From: a virus | Taxonomy: Duplodnaviria > Heunggongvirae > Uroviricota > Caudoviricetes | IMG/VR virus record: IMGVR_UViG_2609459801_000018 | DNA length: 18,239 bases | Reading direction: 5' to 3' (one strand) | Shown here: piece by piece, positions 16,371 to 18,239 of the stretch | How positions within the stretch are numbered: the stretch's first letter is position 1 | How the letters are laid out: every line of letters begins with the position of its first letter | Program-made: the position numbers and the translations under genes | The notes under the pieces: model-generated | Databases searched by the model: none | Told to the model about the DNA's origin: nothing | What the model saw: the letters and a program-made list of their open reading frames with translations, nothing else

Positions 16371-16583
16371 ATGGTCGGAGGGAATACCCGAAGGCCAGAT
16401 GTGGAAAGGCCCCGGAAAACATCTCTGTTTAACCGAGGCCCTAACCGCATTACCTTGACAAGTGAAAGGTTAGCGCCTCTCCGGAAAAGGAGCAAGTGCT
16501 ATGTCGCAAAAATCGCTTACGGCCATCACGTTCTGCGTGACGGCAATCCTCATCATCTGGATGCTGCACGGTTCGCTGTGTGA
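16371..16583 (+). CDS. mok-like overlapping reading frame of a hok/sok-type locus
   Basis: 70-codon ORF that starts upstream of the hok-like ORF and overlaps it in another frame, the arrangement of mok/hok in plasmid R1 (mok there is also 70 codons). Confidence 0.4.
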   Translation: MVGGNTRRPDVERPRKTSLFNRGPNRITLTSERLAPLRKRSKCYVAKIAYGHHVLRDGNPHHLDAARFAV

Positions 16584-16641
16584 AATACGGATGAGTTTCT
16601 GGGGAGCGGAGTTTGCGGCGTTCTTACAGTGTAAGCAGTAA
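16501..16641 (+). CDS. Hok/Gef-family type I toxin (small membrane peptide)
   Basis: 46-codon ORF, not in the supplied track (too short): MSQKSLTAITFCVTAILIIWMLHGSLCEIRMSFWGAEFAAFLQCKQ. Hydrophobic N-terminal helix followed by SLCEI...E.AAF..C, the Hok family signature, closest to HokA by memory. AAGGAG RBS 8 nt upstream. Confidence 0.65.
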   Translation: MSQKSLTAITFCVTAILIIWMLHGSLCEIRMSFWGAEFAAFLQCKQ

Positions 16642-16734
16642 GGAAACCGCGACGGGGAAGGCAACTTCCCCGTCAATCGGTTGCCAGGGTAAAGGTCGAA
16701 AAGACACCCTATTTCCAGTTGACGTGAACAACAA

Positions 16735-16768
16735 GCCCGCAGCGTAAAAACTGCGGGTTTTCTTTTTG
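16735..16768 (+). terminator. intrinsic terminator downstream of the hok-like gene
   Basis: Stem CCCGCAG / CTGCGGG with an 8-nt loop, followed by TTTTCTTTTT. Confidence 0.6.
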
Positions 16769-16790
16769 GTTCCCTCACTCATGAGGACAC

Positions 16791-16830
16791 CAAAAAACAA
16801 AGCCCACAGCATAGAAACTGTGGGCTTTTT
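16791..16830. terminator. bidirectional intrinsic terminator; likely serS terminator on the minus strand
   Basis: Stem AGCCCACAG / CTGTGGGCT, with TTTTT on the plus side and, on the minus strand, TTGTTTTTTGG. Confidence 0.55.
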
Positions 16831-16946
16831 GCATTCAAAGATGGACGTTATATGGACACTTAAAAATAAAATCCATTTATTTTCAAATGATTAAACCTCT
16901 ACTTAAAGCGCCCGCAGGCGCTTTTTAGATTCAGAAAAATTGGGTA

Positions 16947-18239
<1,293 letters not shown>

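Noticed and set aside
16311-16946. tRNA or tmRNA gene at the prophage junction
   Set aside because: No segment shows the expected acceptor stem and T-loop (GTTC..) pattern; hairpins present are better explained as terminators.

Overview
The window holds the tail end of a P2-like (Peduovirus-type) prophage or tailocin (about 1-16320) inserted next to the housekeeping gene serS (16947-18239, minus strand) in an enterobacterial chromosome. Gene order: unknown protein, tail completion R/S-like, baseplate V-W-J-I, tail fibre H (all plus strand), then a roughly 3.1 kb multi-cassette DNA-inversion region (5400-8486) with five hix/gix-like crossover sites, five alternative tail-fibre C-terminal cassettes, one tail-fibre assembly gene and an adjacent Hin/Gin/Pin/Cin-family serine invertase (8541-9140). 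After that come U, tape measure T, E/E' with a -1 frameshift site, tube FII and sheath FI on the minus strand, then D and ogr on the plus strand. Between ogr and serS lies a hok/mok-like type I toxin locus with terminators. The most interesting system is the five-site tail-fibre shufflon. All assignments rest on reading the translated ORFs and repeats by eye against remembered protein families; no searches were run. Nucleotide coordinates of sites may be off by 1-2 nt, because my reading of the printed sequence near 9600 disagreed by one base with the supplied ORF track.
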